A DNA stretch of 61,459 nucleotides, filler included, from Sphacelaria rigidula (lineage: Eukaryota): assembly GCA_964200075.2 (NCBI GenBank). It is 8 parts of 8 records of this genome, joined end to end, with 100 filler letters (N's around TTAATTAATTAA, not from the genome) between each part and the next. Parts side by side here need not be neighbours in the genome. Positions count along the whole stretch, not along the records: positions 30,783 to 38,377 come from CAXNAA020014179.1; positions 38,478 to 46,071 come from CAXNAA020014180.1; positions 46,172 to 53,765 come from CAXNAA020014181.1; 5 more parts are not named here. One strand, written 5' to 3'. This document shows, one piece after another, positions 35,722 to 49,300 of the stretch. A program made the position numbers and the translations under genes. Numbering within the stretch: the first letter of the stretch is position 1; every line of letters starts with the position of its first letter. Under the pieces are notes generated by a model that saw nothing but the letters and a program-made list of their open reading frames with translations, searched no databases and was not told where the DNA came from.

Positions 35722-38086
35722 TCACATCCGTTTCCGTTTCCCGGTATTTTTGGATTTCGACTCCGGATGTGAGCACTCTGCTAACCCATTGTCATGACGG
35801 TATATATCCATGAGACGTTCTATTGTAGGAAGCGTTTCGTCTGGCTGGTCTCTCTCTAGTAAAGGTACCCGTTTGCCTAGGAACGACTCGCTCGTCTTAT
35901 CGAAATCTGATGCGGGTGACCTTTCTCGCGGACGATATTTCTTTAAGTGGGCAAGATGTACCGACATTTCTTTAGAGTCGTCGCTTATTTTGATTCTGTA
36001 TAGAGCCGGCGATCGTCTCTCGGTTATCATGAGATGTCCTCTCCATGGTCATTGGAGTTTCGGGTTCGGCCCTTCTGAATCCTGGTATGGTCGGGACAGG
36101 AGTACCTTTTGACCGTGTTTGAAAACTGCGAACGGTGTAAATTTCTTTTTGTTTTCTTGATCGTTCGCTCTTTCTCGTAGAGCTTGTCTCGCAATTTCAC
36201 ATTCTCACCGTATGTTTTCCCGTGTTTTCGGAAAAAGTTTCGGGTGTTGCAGCTTCGCATCCCTTAGGTATGCCGAGTATGATGTCGATTGGTAATCTGG
36301 GCTGTCTTCCGAACAATGAAAAATACGACATCTTCGGTACTGTATTGTGATCGGGTGTGTTGTACGCCATTTGGATGAACGGAAGCATGGATGCCCAATT
36401 TTTGTTTCCAATTGACATATGCATAGCTAACATCGCGTGCATAGTGGAGTGGATTCGTTCCGACCCTGAATTACCTTGCAGGCGTAACGGTGTCATGCGA
36501 GGTTTATTGAAACCTAGCTCCTGTTGCAGTGCGTATGTTAGGTTGATCTCAATTTTGGCTCTTTGATTCGGATGCAGCTTTCCCGGAATGCCAAATGTGG
36601 TGACTCTATCGATAAAAAAAATGGCTATCGACATGGCTTGTTTATTTGGTACCGGAATGAGCAAGGTCTACCCTGTGAGGTGGCCCATTACGGACAATAC
36701 GTATCTACCCAGTACTCCAGCTTTTGACATCGAAGGTGTTTTGTTTTCGACTAGGTTTGCCGACACTCTTTCTTATGGTCGTCCCACCGGAAAGTTTCCC
36801 ATCGGCAATTTTTGGCCGGTTGTGGACCGTTCTTTCGGTGTTGGCAACCCTGACATGGTGTGCGTACTCCTGTGTTTGCTCTTTCTTCAATTTTTTCGCG
36901 GTTGACTGACAGCTCTCGGCCACTCTGCTCCGGTTTCAAACGGTCGAGCTTCTCAGAAGATATTTGACATCGATGCTGAGGTTCAGCTATTTGCTGCGCA
37001 GGGTCTTCTCGCTCGATACAACATAGTCGTGTAAGCAACGGCTTGCTTTCTGCTTCTTGTCGCTCTTTACACACAATCAGTCGTGAGAGGGTGTCCGGAA
37101 TAACATGAAGTTTCTCCGGTTCTTGTCTCTTGTTATTAATTTTATTACTTCGTATGTGAAGTTTTTCCGGTTTTTCGTATCTTGTATTGAGGTGAGATAG
37201 CCTAAAATGGTATTGCGTTTCGGGTTCACATGTCGGCTCGACGGGTTAGCGATTGGTACCATTTCCGTCTTATTCGTTGCCGACCACGTGCATATTGTCC
37301 TTGCAACAATGATTTGCGTGAGTGCTTGAGGTACATTAGGCGATCGAGTGTCCTCCTCGGTTATTATGCGCAGCTCCACGACAGCAGCTGCTCTTGTTGT
37401 TGACGAGGTATTTTCCGTTCCAACTAGTAATGCAATTTTACTTTGTGATGGCACATTGGATTTTCTTTTTTTCAGAGAAAGACTGGAACGGGGTCGTCGA
37501 AGTATTTCACACCAACTACAGAACAATTTTTTGTTTCGGAGCGTGTTGTTTCTTGTCGAGCCTGTTATTATCGATGCGATGCTTTGATTTTCATACTGGA
37601 CTCACGGAATGTCAATTATTTCGCCTGCCAGTCGAGTATGGCTTTGAAAGCACTCATGATGGGATTGTCTAGTGATGGACAATCCGGCCCCGTATCAGGT
37701 AATATAAACGCTTCTACTTTTTTTCTGTCCCCAACGTAATCTCGAAACGAATGAACCCTAGGATTTTTTGGGGGGGGAACATCCGCGCTCCTGAGATCCA
37801 TGGGTCCTGGCGGTACTGGTTTTTTATCAGCTGCCATTATGGCCGGGTGTTCATCCATGAAGTTTTCGCTGAAACATGAGACATCTGCTGCGGAAACGAT
37901 TCCGATTATTTTCCGAGGAATATATTTCACTCTGGCTGCGACTCTACCACGTACTGATGCACAGGATAACGCTGAGAGCGAATCTGTATACCTGTAGTAG
38001 TGATGATGCGTTGTATGATTAAGAACAACAGTGATCGTCCAAGATGGGGTTGAAAAAGGAAGACTGGTGTTTCGATTTGGAATCAA
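35722..38086 (-). mobile_element. Decayed, internally deleted Ty3/gypsy retrotransposon
   Basis: Protease-like FILPDTG. Integrase IPVPNKQA...FGIPGKLH...QGNSGSERIHSTM...WASMLPFIQMAYN...LFGRQPRLPID and a GPY/F-type tail PALYRIK...VHLAHLKKY. RT not recognisable; frameshifted. Confidence 0.85.
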
Positions 38087-40506
38087 CAGCCCCTGCTTAT
38101 AACATCGTTGTTTTTTCTGGCTGCCGGTTAAACATGTGTCAACGCGGAATGTAACGTTACCGATTCATTGGGGGTACGGCGCAGAATGTAGCATGATGAG
38201 AGCCTCAACAAACTGAGCTCCACTTTCGACGATGATGGCCCTTTGTGCGGTGTATTCCTTTTTCTTCGACTGCTCTGAAGGCTGCTTAGGAACCAACTCT
38301 GATCGTGCTCTTTCCCAGCTTCTAACAGCCGATTTTATATTTTGGGGTTCATACAAAATATGGGGCTGAAGTGGCATNNNNNNNNNNNNNNNNNNNNNNN
38401 NNNNNNNNNNNNNNNNNNNNNTTAATTAATTAANNNNNNNNNNNNNNNNNNNNNNNNNNNNNNNNNNNNNNNNNNNNGGGATGCGAGGTCAATGGTCTTA
38501 TGACTATGGCATGCATGATAATGAGTACACCCTCCCCTCTGCCCTACGCCAGCCTGGTACTAGCCTGGTCCGGCGAAAACCCGGCGTGCTCTGTCCTGGC
38601 TTTGTAGGGATGGACCCCCAAGAGGTCGGCGTTGGTTGGCAATAGCGCTGTAAAACATGCCACTCACTGCGTAAGCTGGGCAACCAGATTACCATTTTTT
38701 CGCGCGCTTGCATTTTTTGCGGTAACCATGATGATGACCGGGGTCATACTGTACGGAGTGCGAGAACCTCGATTTCGCGCGAAGGCGATGATCATACTAC
38801 GTGGTGTTTAGATGGTGAGACACCCATGAGGCAGTGTGTAAGGCGTGGCTGTCTCTAGAAGTGGCGACACCAGAAAATGAAAAAAAAAATGGAGGCTGTC
38901 GTCCAAATGCAAGATAATCAGTACCCCTCGGGCCGAAGAATCGTAGCAGGATGCAGCTCACCCTTCATGCGACTCCCCGAACACATCATGGCGCTTGGCG
39001 CTTGGTGATTGATTGCGAGGAAGGCGTTGCAGTTGGGGCTTGCAGAGAGACAAGAGACAGAGATAGATACGGAGATACAAGAGACAAAGAAAGAGCACAA
39101 CACAACCGTTCGCGACTCGTTAAAATCGACACAAGGCCGCCGCGTGTCATACAAGAAAGTGTGCTTGGGGTGCTTTGCCTGCCTAGAATCGGTTGGGCGC
39201 TTGCTCACATGATCATTGCCACCATGCATCGTTGTGCGTAGTTCAGGACAGTACAGCACGGTTTCCAAGATGGCATGCCATGGTGGAAACGTGACTGTGC
39301 TGCTAGGTAGCGGGCGTGTTAAGAACTGACGGTTCGGACAATCGGAACCGGATTTCTGTACTGCCACTGATCATGTTTCTCCTTGAATGCAGTTGGACGC
39401 ACCTCACCCGGAGCGTGCGTCTATTTGTCGCATCTGACCACAGCGCAGCGGCGTGTCTACTTTGCATGCGAGCCTCAGATAGTTGTAGATATTTTCTGTC
39501 CTTCCGCAACAATGTGCGTGCGTGAAAAGCGAGGTGTCTGACCCAAGGATGGGAGAGGACCGAGGTTCTCAAGGTTCAACACTTGTCAAGTGAGCGGTGA
39601 CCCCGTCGCGGGGTCGGCGATAGCCGGGCCGGTGGCTACCTTCGATTTAAACACTACGTCCACATTTAGATCCCCTTCGATACTGTATCCATGGATTCTC
39701 GAGAGAGAGTTTAGGCTGGGTTGGATAGTGTCAGGTGTTGATGAGGCTGGTCCTAGGTATTGGTTGGTGGATGGGCGGGTGGCGAAACGCTCGTAAAAGA
39801 CATATTTATGTTTTAAACTGGTACATATATGAATTAGCTAGAAGACCAGTAATGCAACCCTCCTGAATGCGCAGCACTGGTGCTCATACAAGTCCATGCA
39901 TGCAGCTGCGAGCGTATTCGTACTGCAATCAGGGCACAAATGCGCTGGTAGGAACAACCCTACAATATTCGCAGTCCGCGAGTTGAGCACCTGTCGACCC
40001 TTCATGTCCCTTTTTTTTTTCAGTTTTGGAAGACACGGTACGCGTACTGCACTCACTGTATGTCTGATGTTTGCCAAGCGCAGCGAGAGTAGCGTTTTCC
40101 GGTGAAACACGAGGTAGGAACACAATGCGATGTTCCGGGGGTTGGGAAGCACGCGCGACTACGCTACTGTATCGTACTGTACTCTTACGGGGGGAATGAG
40201 GGCCGATCTTGGGCACTATATTTCGGGGAAGTATGCATCGACACATCGACTTTTGTCTACAGAAGAAATAAGCCTGGACGAGTCAATCTGCATCCACCAC
40301 AAGTACACGCGTCACCTCAAAATAACGACCTGGTCTATATCAAAGGAAATACGAAAATCTGAATCTCTACAGCAACCCTGTGACTGACGTTGCTGTACAT
40401 CTGTACACAGGGGCACAAGAGGATGGCAGAAGCTGCTGCTCCTGTTGTTGTGCCCCTCTTGTTGCACTAGTGTGCTGCAGCTTTTTGTCGCTGTAGCACT
40501 CGAGAA

Positions 40507-42648
40507 GTAGGCACTAGCTCCGTAAGCCCGTTAAAAAAAAACTAAGCTCCGTTTTGTTTTCAAGGCTTTCCCCCCCCCCCCGGTTTATCCTTCATTTTGA
40601 GACTTTTTCCAGCGAAAATATGCGTACTTCATGCGCCTCCGTCGCGTCCTTGTTGTGGCGTTGTGGCAGTATCCCCTCACTAGGCGCGCCTTCTAGCATG
40701 AGGGGAAAACGACAATTTGGGTATTCGAAGTTTTGGAATTTGTTTTTATTTTAAAAATAGGACTTTTCTCCGATCATTGAGTTTGAACGCCACCCCAAAC
40801 AACCTATCGGAACAACGTGTCCGAACTACGTACACTCATGATACATGGTGCAGCAGTGGGTCATTGCAGCCTCTGGACACAGGGTATTGAAGCGTTTGGC
40901 CTCTCGCCCGGCAAGCTTCAAGCTACAAGCTATCGCCCCCGCCCCCCCCATTATCTACCATCGATCGACATTCGAAATCGTGTCAAACTTCCGGCTCCGA
41001 TTGTATTTGAGCACAACCGCGGCTTCGATCCGGTCACCTAACGCCCTCTCCTGGCGGGAGTTCAAACACACCCTCAAAGTGGAAAACACTCGCTCCATGA
41101 ACGCGGACAATGGCTAAATAAGTACGACATCCATCGCCAAGAGATACCAAGTGGGAAGCGTTGTTTTGTCATCGTCCCAAAAAGACAGCAAACCGTAATT
41201 TGAGTGCGCGCTCGACGCCGCGACCAAAAGGTCATCCTTCTCGGACCAAAGGCCCACCACGACCTCGGGGGTCACGAAGGGGAAAACAGCAAGCTGGCGG
41301 ACCTCCTCCCCGGTGTAGCCTGTATGCTGCTTAATATACACGAAGTCGATGAGCTAACGCTGTAGGTTGTACGCCGTACAATGTACAATGCGCCCCATGA
41401 CACAACTTCTGTACAAAATATTATTTTCAGTTTTCAATTCAAAGTTGTGTCAAGTATATGAAGCACGAACGGAAACGTTTTTCGGATCAGATCCGCAACC
41501 ATGTCAGCTTGGAGTATTGATTATTAAAGCCTGTCTGGTGACGGGTAATGAGTGACGAGTCACGCCATAGGCCGTAGGGAGAACTTTCAAGCAGCTGATA
41601 CACTACTGGCTGCAGGAGGCGCATGGAAAAATATCACAATTTTATGCGCGTTCCGAGCACATGATGGTAGTCAGCATAATAAGTTTTCAGAATTCGTGGT
41701 TGTTCTATTTTTCTAGTTTTTATGGAGTACTATTCTTCGCTCCTACTTGAAAGTGCTAGCGCCGGTAGTTTTCGGGAGAAAGCGTTGGCCGCGCTCAACT
41801 GCAGTGCCCGGGTTGGTGTTTTCGGGGCAATACGGACTTGATACTCCGTTTATCAGGAGGGTGTCATTGATCGTTTTTGGTCCAACATAAGCAGTTTTCC
41901 CGCTCTTCAGCGATGAAACGGTCAATATTCATATAAATGAATACGTGTAAAATTCTTCACAATAACGATCGAGATCGCTTTTCCCTCCTATACTGCACAG
42001 ACCTCAGTCTATTTGGCCTATTTTCCATGAGCACTCGAAAGTGCTAGCGTCGATAGTTTTGGCAAAATAAGCACACCGTGCTTAAATCACAATCGCCCAA
42101 GTTGGTGTCGTGGGGGCGATACCGCGTAAAGACCCCGTTTATCAGGAGGGTGTTATTGACCGTAAATGGTCAAGAAAACATAATTTTCCTGCTTTAGCGC
42201 AGTGACTAGGTAGAATTTTGAAAAATTAATCTTTTTTGAGTCTTCATTCATATGATCCGAATCGAGTCGATCCACCGAAAATACCGAAAAGCGAGAGCCT
42301 GGGGTCGTATTTTTGCAGGACCCCCGAAGATCGGTCAAGCCTGTAAGTCACTCATATCTGATCGCAGATAATTTTTCTTTCAATCCTTGTCAAGAGGTAT
42401 GAAATATTTCCGCATGCCCATTTTTTGGCATCAAACCGTCACTGTGATGAGTGGTGGCAAGCGAAACAAATTCGAACAATCTCCGAGAAACGAAGAAATC
42501 ACGGATTCTGCATACTTCTGATGCTGACTACTGTATAAGCTTTTCAAACATCTTAAGCTCTCCTTAAGCTTCTCGAAAAAAAGCTCATTCAAGCCCGAGA
42601 ACCCCAAATTAAGCTAACCTTAGGCGCGCTTACGAAGCTAATGCCTAC
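40507..42648 (-). mobile_element. Internally deleted hAT DNA transposon with a transposase C-terminal remnant (~40954-41345, in-frame stop)
   Basis: 21-bp TIR GTAGGCACTAGCTCCGTAAGC / GCTTACGAAGCTAATGCCTAC. Minus-strand LLSFW...LPTWYLLAMDVVLI*PLSAFMERVFSTL...DRIEAAVVLKYN fits the hAT dimerisation motif. TSD not preserved. Confidence 0.8.
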
Positions 42649-44571
42649 AAAAAGAACACGCCCGCGAGTTAACACACGACGTTCACCGCTCTCTTTTGAC
42701 GATCAAAAGATGAAAATACGAGCAGTAGCAGTAGAAGTGGTCGCCCCACACCACAGCAGGAGCAGAAAGCGTTTCCTTGGCATAGTGCTAGTACCGCCAA
42801 TATGCTGCTGATCCCCAACCCAAAAGGGCCAATCTTTCACTGCGGATATATCAGCAACCAAGCAGAGGAACTGGACTGTGGTTTCTTGCGTAAGCTTGCC
42901 ACACACACAAACTAGAGAATCATACAATAAGTTTCCTTAACGCGTTCCAGAACGCTGCACCAAACTAATATGTACTCCAAAAGGCTGCTTTTTTTTGTTT
43001 CTGGGCGCTTTGGGTCTGCTGTGGCGATTTGAGCAACTTTAGCGAATGAACCCCTAGTTTTTGTATGTGTGCGTGGGGCTGTTGGGTGTCACAGGCCGAC
43101 GTTTTTCCTGTGTCGAGATAAACGCGATGGAAGTGCTGCACTGTTGTCGTAGACCTTAATATACTAGAACCAAGTTAATTAGGGATGAAGCGTGCGCCCT
43201 ACTCGGAACAGCTGATGACGTGTTCATTGTTCCTCCGCGTTTTTTTTTCTCGTTATGGCCTTCATTCTCCCTCGTAACTGCGCCAGACCGCTGTGTCGAT
43301 TGTATCTGCAGTCTGGCAGGGAGGGCTTACGTGGCATTATCAAGCAAACATGTGTGAACACAGACATTTGGTGTGAACTGGGGCTGAAGAACAAGAACTA
43401 ATGGCGTAAGATAGTGCGCTGTACCACACCATGCTGTGCCGTACTGCTGCAGGGTCTATTGTCTATGGTTCGGCAGAGATAGTTTGCTCAGTGTTCCCCG
43501 GTGAACAAGATAACAGGGCCACATCCGCCGCACCCCGGTGCTGTGAATTAAAATGGCACAACTGACACCATTACAGCGACAAAAGGCGGGCTTGATTTCC
43601 GTCAGATGCTTCTAGCTTGCCTTTATTCTCACAAGTATCTGACTTCCGCTATTGAAAACATGAGGACGTACGTGAAGACCAAAAATAGTCTGTTTGGTCG
43701 AGTTTGTCACACAACAGTCGACGCGTTGCTGGAGTCCTCATCCAATCCACGATACTGTACCAAAATGTGAGGGGTGTAGCCAGGGAGAGATGGGTTGATA
43801 GAGGAGAGATGGGTTAATCCCTCCAAAGCACGGACCCGTCCCGACGAGGGAAGAGGTTAGAAGTGAGGCCACACAAGAAGAACCCGGTGACCCCTTTCCA
43901 CGTCTGCTCTATACCGCACTTGTTGCGCGCTGCTGTGTCTCTCTCGACCATACCTCCAAACCGTCTTGACGTGGCAGAGGTCGCAGGCCCTTTTCACTCT
44001 TCCCGATGAAATAGATTATTGCTCCCTACAAAATAGACTACCGTGCTACCGTTCGTCAAACCTTCGACGGCGACGTGGTGATTTTCGGCCCATCCGTCTG
44101 TGCCAAGGCGAGCATTCGCGACTTTGAATTACAGCGTTCGAATAAAAAACCCGCAGTGCATATTCCACATGCTTGCACGGTCACGGGCTTTAACAGTTTC
44201 GGAACCGTTCATGGAAAAATGACGATCTACATGACATTTCTCGGACAAGATGTGCTTGTTTTTCTGCAGCTGTTGACGATGCAGCCCGCCAAAAAGGTGC
44301 ACCAGTCAAGTTCAAGTATAGTACTGAAGTGTGACATATTCGTGCACCGAACTCGAAGTGACGTTTTCCCCGGTGACGAAAGCTCGCATATGGGAGTTTG
44401 TACTGTTTTCGCGAGTTCCAAAAGAGTGAACCTATCGGTCTTGACAGTACCGCGCAACGAAGATACAGTGCTCACTGTTTTTACCTTGCACCCTTTGTTT
44501 TCCTGGTACACTTTTCCAACATGCTTGTCTTCACTGCGATACACTCCATATATGCGCACACATGTATACAG

Positions 44572-45570
44572 AGTAAAGATGGACGAGACCCCGCTTCCAG
44601 AGTATATTATCGACATGCTGAAAAAAGCCGGACACATAGATGAGGACGGCAAGCCCATCGACGATCCCTTCGACCCCTTCGACGAAGAAGAGGTGGAGGG
44701 TACCAAGAGCGAGAGATTGAGGCAAATGAAGGAGCAAGAGGTGGGTGGACAGGCTGCCTAAATGCGCCAATGTCCTGTATACGCTCAACCCCCTCGAGGG
44801 AAGAAGCAAACATCGCAGGTGCGTGTCAATTGCATCTATCTCAACGATGTTTGGTTCCACTGACGGCGGCATTGTACGTCATCGTTGGTGGCTGAACGGT
44901 CTCGGCAGTGGGACTTTACGGGAGTTCATCGTTTGATAATCCGTGGTTGACATACTCCGGAACCGCTGAACCGTACCCGGAACCGAAACTGTAACCTCGG
45001 GCAGACCGAGGATTCGGGATCAAGGGAGGGACGGAGAGATACGCTGGGCAACGCGAAGTGTGCGTTGTCAGAGCTCAAACCGATGCACCGTTGAGCTAGG
45101 CGGTGTGCTGCGCATGCTGCCGAGCATATGGGACAATGAGCCCGCTACTGATCTGAGATGTTTGAGGGTTCACACTTCAGTCTCGAGAGGAACAATAGCC
45201 ATGCGTTTTCAGACGCCAATTTTCGCGTTAATCGTACGGCTCGGCGCAAGCTTCTGCTGTCAAAATATCAACAACGCGTCATGTCGTCCGCAATCCATAC
45301 CACGTCCTGACCTCCTCCTCCATTGCCGGTCGTCTTCTGTATCTTCCCCCTCATCCTCCCTGTTTCAATCGCCCGGTCAATCGTCCCTTCGATGTGTGAA
45401 TGACAAAAAAAATCAACATAGCAAGAGTACTTCGACATACCGTATGGCGATATGCTTGAAGAAGGCCAGGTAAACTTGGACGACAAGGACGGCCTCATGG
45501 ATACCACAATCGCGGAGGCTTCCGAGCTGTTCAGCTTTCCTCTCGAGTTCTTCCACGATGTTCTCACGAG
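44572..45570 (+). CDS. Two internal exons (44572-44740, 45422-45570) of an unknown acidic protein
   Basis: AG/GT boundaries and a phase-0 join: VKMDETPLPEYIIDMLKKAGHIDEDG...MKEQE|QEYFDIPYGDMLEEGQVNLDDKDGLMDTTIAEASELFSFPLEFFHDVLT. Confidence 0.7.
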
Positions 45571-46327
45571 GTAAATGAACTAGAACAAAGTCGACGAGAA
45601 AAAATGAACAACGCGGCGGGAACGGAGGCCCCGACAGAGCAAGCAAGGAAAAACTCTCGCGTTGAACGACCAGTTCTTCCCGCGACAGAGATGTTCCCGC
45701 CCTATTTTACGCACATGTCCCTCATGTACGCGTTTGTTGGAAGTCTGGATTCTTTGTGGAGTTCTTTCACCACGCGGCCACGAGGTGAGGCCCATGCAAG
45801 AGGCCAGGCCCGATATACGAAACAGTTCCGATAATGTATCCGCTTGTGTAAAATGGGATGGGTCCTCTGTTGTACTCGATGCCTTCTACACGCTTCTTCC
45901 TGAGACAGAACCTCCTTGGGCTCAGGGGTGGTGGATTATCGTGTCACCAGATTTTGTTAAGGACGTTTTTTGCCGGCTCGGACCAACAATCGTGATGGGT
46001 GTACTCATGATCATGCATGCCATAATCATAAGCCCATTGACCTCGCATCCCTCCAACGCCGGGTCGGAGCANNNNNNNNNNNNNNNNNNNNNNNNNNNNN
46101 NNNNNNNNNNNNNNNTTAATTAATTAANNNNNNNNNNNNNNNNNNNNNNNNNNNNNNNNNNNNNNNNNNNNAGTTATTTGACCATTGACCACGCATCCCT
46201 TTCGAGACGGAGCACGACGAGGGGGGGGGGAAGAGGAGTGTTTGAAAACACAACGAAGAAATAGTAGTGATGGCTGCACCTTCTTGACCTGTTGATTGGC
46301 TGGGCTGTCTGTTCCGAACTACCGCAG

Positions 46328-49300
46328 GTGAAGGTGGTATCTTTTCAATCGAAGGACGAGGAGGTGTCGAGGTTGCTGCAGGGTTTGGACGGCAGTGCAA
46401 TCATCTACGTCATGACCAAGAAGGAGGCGGAGACGTTGGCTGATGTTGTGAGATCCAAAAACATAAAACTCTGACCCAAAAGTCTGGTGGCACCCGTAGG
46501 CGACGGTGAATACCATCAATCCGCACGAAACCACCTCCGTGACGAGTTTTGGTGAGACCTTCCGGGCGGTGACGTTTGGGGTGTTTCTGACAACATATTG
46601 GCATATGGGCTGCGCCGACCTGTCGATGTTCATCCTGCCCTTTAAATCCAAACGGCCCACGGTCCTTATGAAAAGCATGCGGAGTCGAGACTAGGGGATC
46701 TTCCTCCGACATTTACATATTTTTCTATCAATCGCGTTCCTCGTTCATGATTGGGATTGTTCTGTCGGGACTGTTTTCGGTTTTACCGTTCGTGTTGTCG
46801 CTATATCCTGTTTCGTCTGTTTGTCCTTGCGCTATCACTCGAGTTTCCTTAGTCAAAGTGGTATCATGCCTCCATTCATACATGTAGTCGGGTAGATACG
46901 CTTGTCTCGTGACGACTTTTGGATTCCGGTCGAATCATTTCGTTGGAGACAGTCAGTCTATCCACCGGCTAATCAACACAAGTAAAAAAAAAAAAAAATG
47001 CCAAGGAAGCAGTGCAAAAAGCCAGATATTCAAGTCAGTCAATCAAAATGAATCGAGTCAACGTATCGTGTGTATATCTCCACAGGTATCTCGCGTGGTC
47101 GGGAAGAAGGGAGCTAAAGCTTACCACGGAGGTATGTCGCACGGCCAACGGAGGGCGGTGCACCACGCTTTCATCAGAGACGAAATACAGGCAAGGACGC
47201 TTTTCCGCTTTTCCCTTTTCTCACAATGCAATAGCGGTGGTGTGGCGAGTACGTTGCGGACTACCCTAGGGTCCTGCACCTTCGGTCCCTCTAAAACAAT
47301 CCTGCTAGAGGTTGTTCCCCACTGCTGCGCGACTACTTGCTAGCTAACTGGATCCTCACAAGAGGCAGGCTCCCCACGGCATGTAAGCTGTGTCAACTCC
47401 TGTGTGCCCTACACCAGTGCAGCAGATCCACGATCTCGGACTCAAGAGCGGCAGAACAAGCACAGCACCCACGGTAGCCAGTCTCTCCGTGCGAGCGTCG
47501 ATGGTCTCGTTTAGATGAAAAGGAATAACAAATAATGAAAAGGAAAACCTCTCTGCGCCGAATCCATTATTTCCGTTGAAAAACGCTGGGTTGGTGTTTT
47601 TCTCTCCAGTCGCTTGTTTATTTAGGCAGCCGGTGAGTATACAGCACAGCAAGTACACTGCAGTATCTACTCGAACCATTTTATTTTGCTTTTGTTGTAC
47701 CCTTATGAGCTCAAATACATACCCCGCACGGCACCGTCAGCGCAAAAGTTGGCAAGAGACTACCGTAGCATGTGACGGTGGATGTTGCCCCTGCCTGACG
47801 GATCATCGGGGCTCGAGTACTCATTTCCTGAGAATAATATTGAAGGAGGCAAGCTGACATACAACGTACCCCCGGTAGAGTGCTGTGCGTGTGTGTATGG
47901 TATAGTGCCAAAAAATTCGACAACCTTCATCACTGGCTGACATCATTCTGTGCCGGAATGCAATCTCGTTGTTTGGAACGCGCAGGTGGTCGTGGCGACC
48001 CTAGCGTTCGGCATGGGCATAGGTGAGCTATATTGGAAGCCATGTATCGATAAGATTTGCCGGACGCTGATACATGGCGACATTATCGATGGTTGCGCAT
48101 TCGAGCGCCAGGCGAGAGTGCCTTTCCGATCGTACTTGAATCATTATCCACTGAACACAGTGGGTTATAATTCACGTGCGTATCGCACACCGTATAGATC
48201 TGTACATCATATATGAACATTGTCGGCATCAATACACGAGCCTATTCGTGGCGTACCTCAGGTTTTACTGGCTAAAGTGTAGATTTAATGCGACCAAAAA
48301 CCAGGCTGCGACCACGGGAGGACGGTATGTGCGACCAGGCGCCCTCTCGGGACAATGAAGCAAATCATTCCGAGGTGGTCGGTAGAATCCGCCAAGCCGT
48401 CGGCTTCGGCGGAAAACGTCCCAGAAGGGCCGAAAACAGGCAGTTTCCCCGGCATCCCTTGTACTTCTTGGACCGTAACATGCGACCTACCTGAGATCTC
48501 TTCTTCTGGGGGGGGGCGGTACTGTGTAGTATGTACACCTAGAGGTGTGTTGAGATTAAGTCCTGAGCAGACGACCCGCGTTTGGTGACGCTGCCCTTTT
48601 CGAGTCTCGGCCGCACTTGGCAAAAGTGCACTCGTTGGACGACTCATGAGCTACCCAAATGATTTCTTGTCATAAGTGTACCGATCCGGATCATGAGCCA
48701 GCTCGTTTGGCCCCCTTCTCCACCTTTGTCCCCTACAGCACTGGAAGCTGATCACGCGGAGTAGCACGAATGCAGCGCTTTGGCTGCTCGGACCCTGCTG
48801 CCGTGTTTTGTGCTCTCAGATAATTGGACAACGGATCTCAGAGTCCCCTTCGACTAGTTATTTTGGCGAGCTCAGGGGCTGTTTGACGTGGGCAAGGGTG
48901 TCTTCTTGACAACCACATCGCAGACCCGAAGACATTTCTTGCGCATAAGTTGTTTTGAGGACATCAGCAGTTCAGTTTGTGTGAAGGATTTCCGTTTGCG
49001 TTTCACAAGCAAGTGCATAGTATGCAAGTGTTTAAAGTGTGAATACAGTACGTGTCAAGAAAAAAGACGCGAAAAGGTGGGCCGCATGGAGTTTTTGACA
49101 ACTTCGGCTGTTCCAAAAGTGACTCGGGTACACACTAGACTACAGGATACCTACCCAGGGTATCGGGGACCTGAAACTCTCAGCATTCCAGGGTACAGTA
49201 CCTGGGTTATCAACCGAAAAGCACCCTGAGCACTTCGGGCACGTGCCTCCGGAATACTCGCACTCGTACCCTTGCAACTTGCCAATCATCTGTTTGCTCG

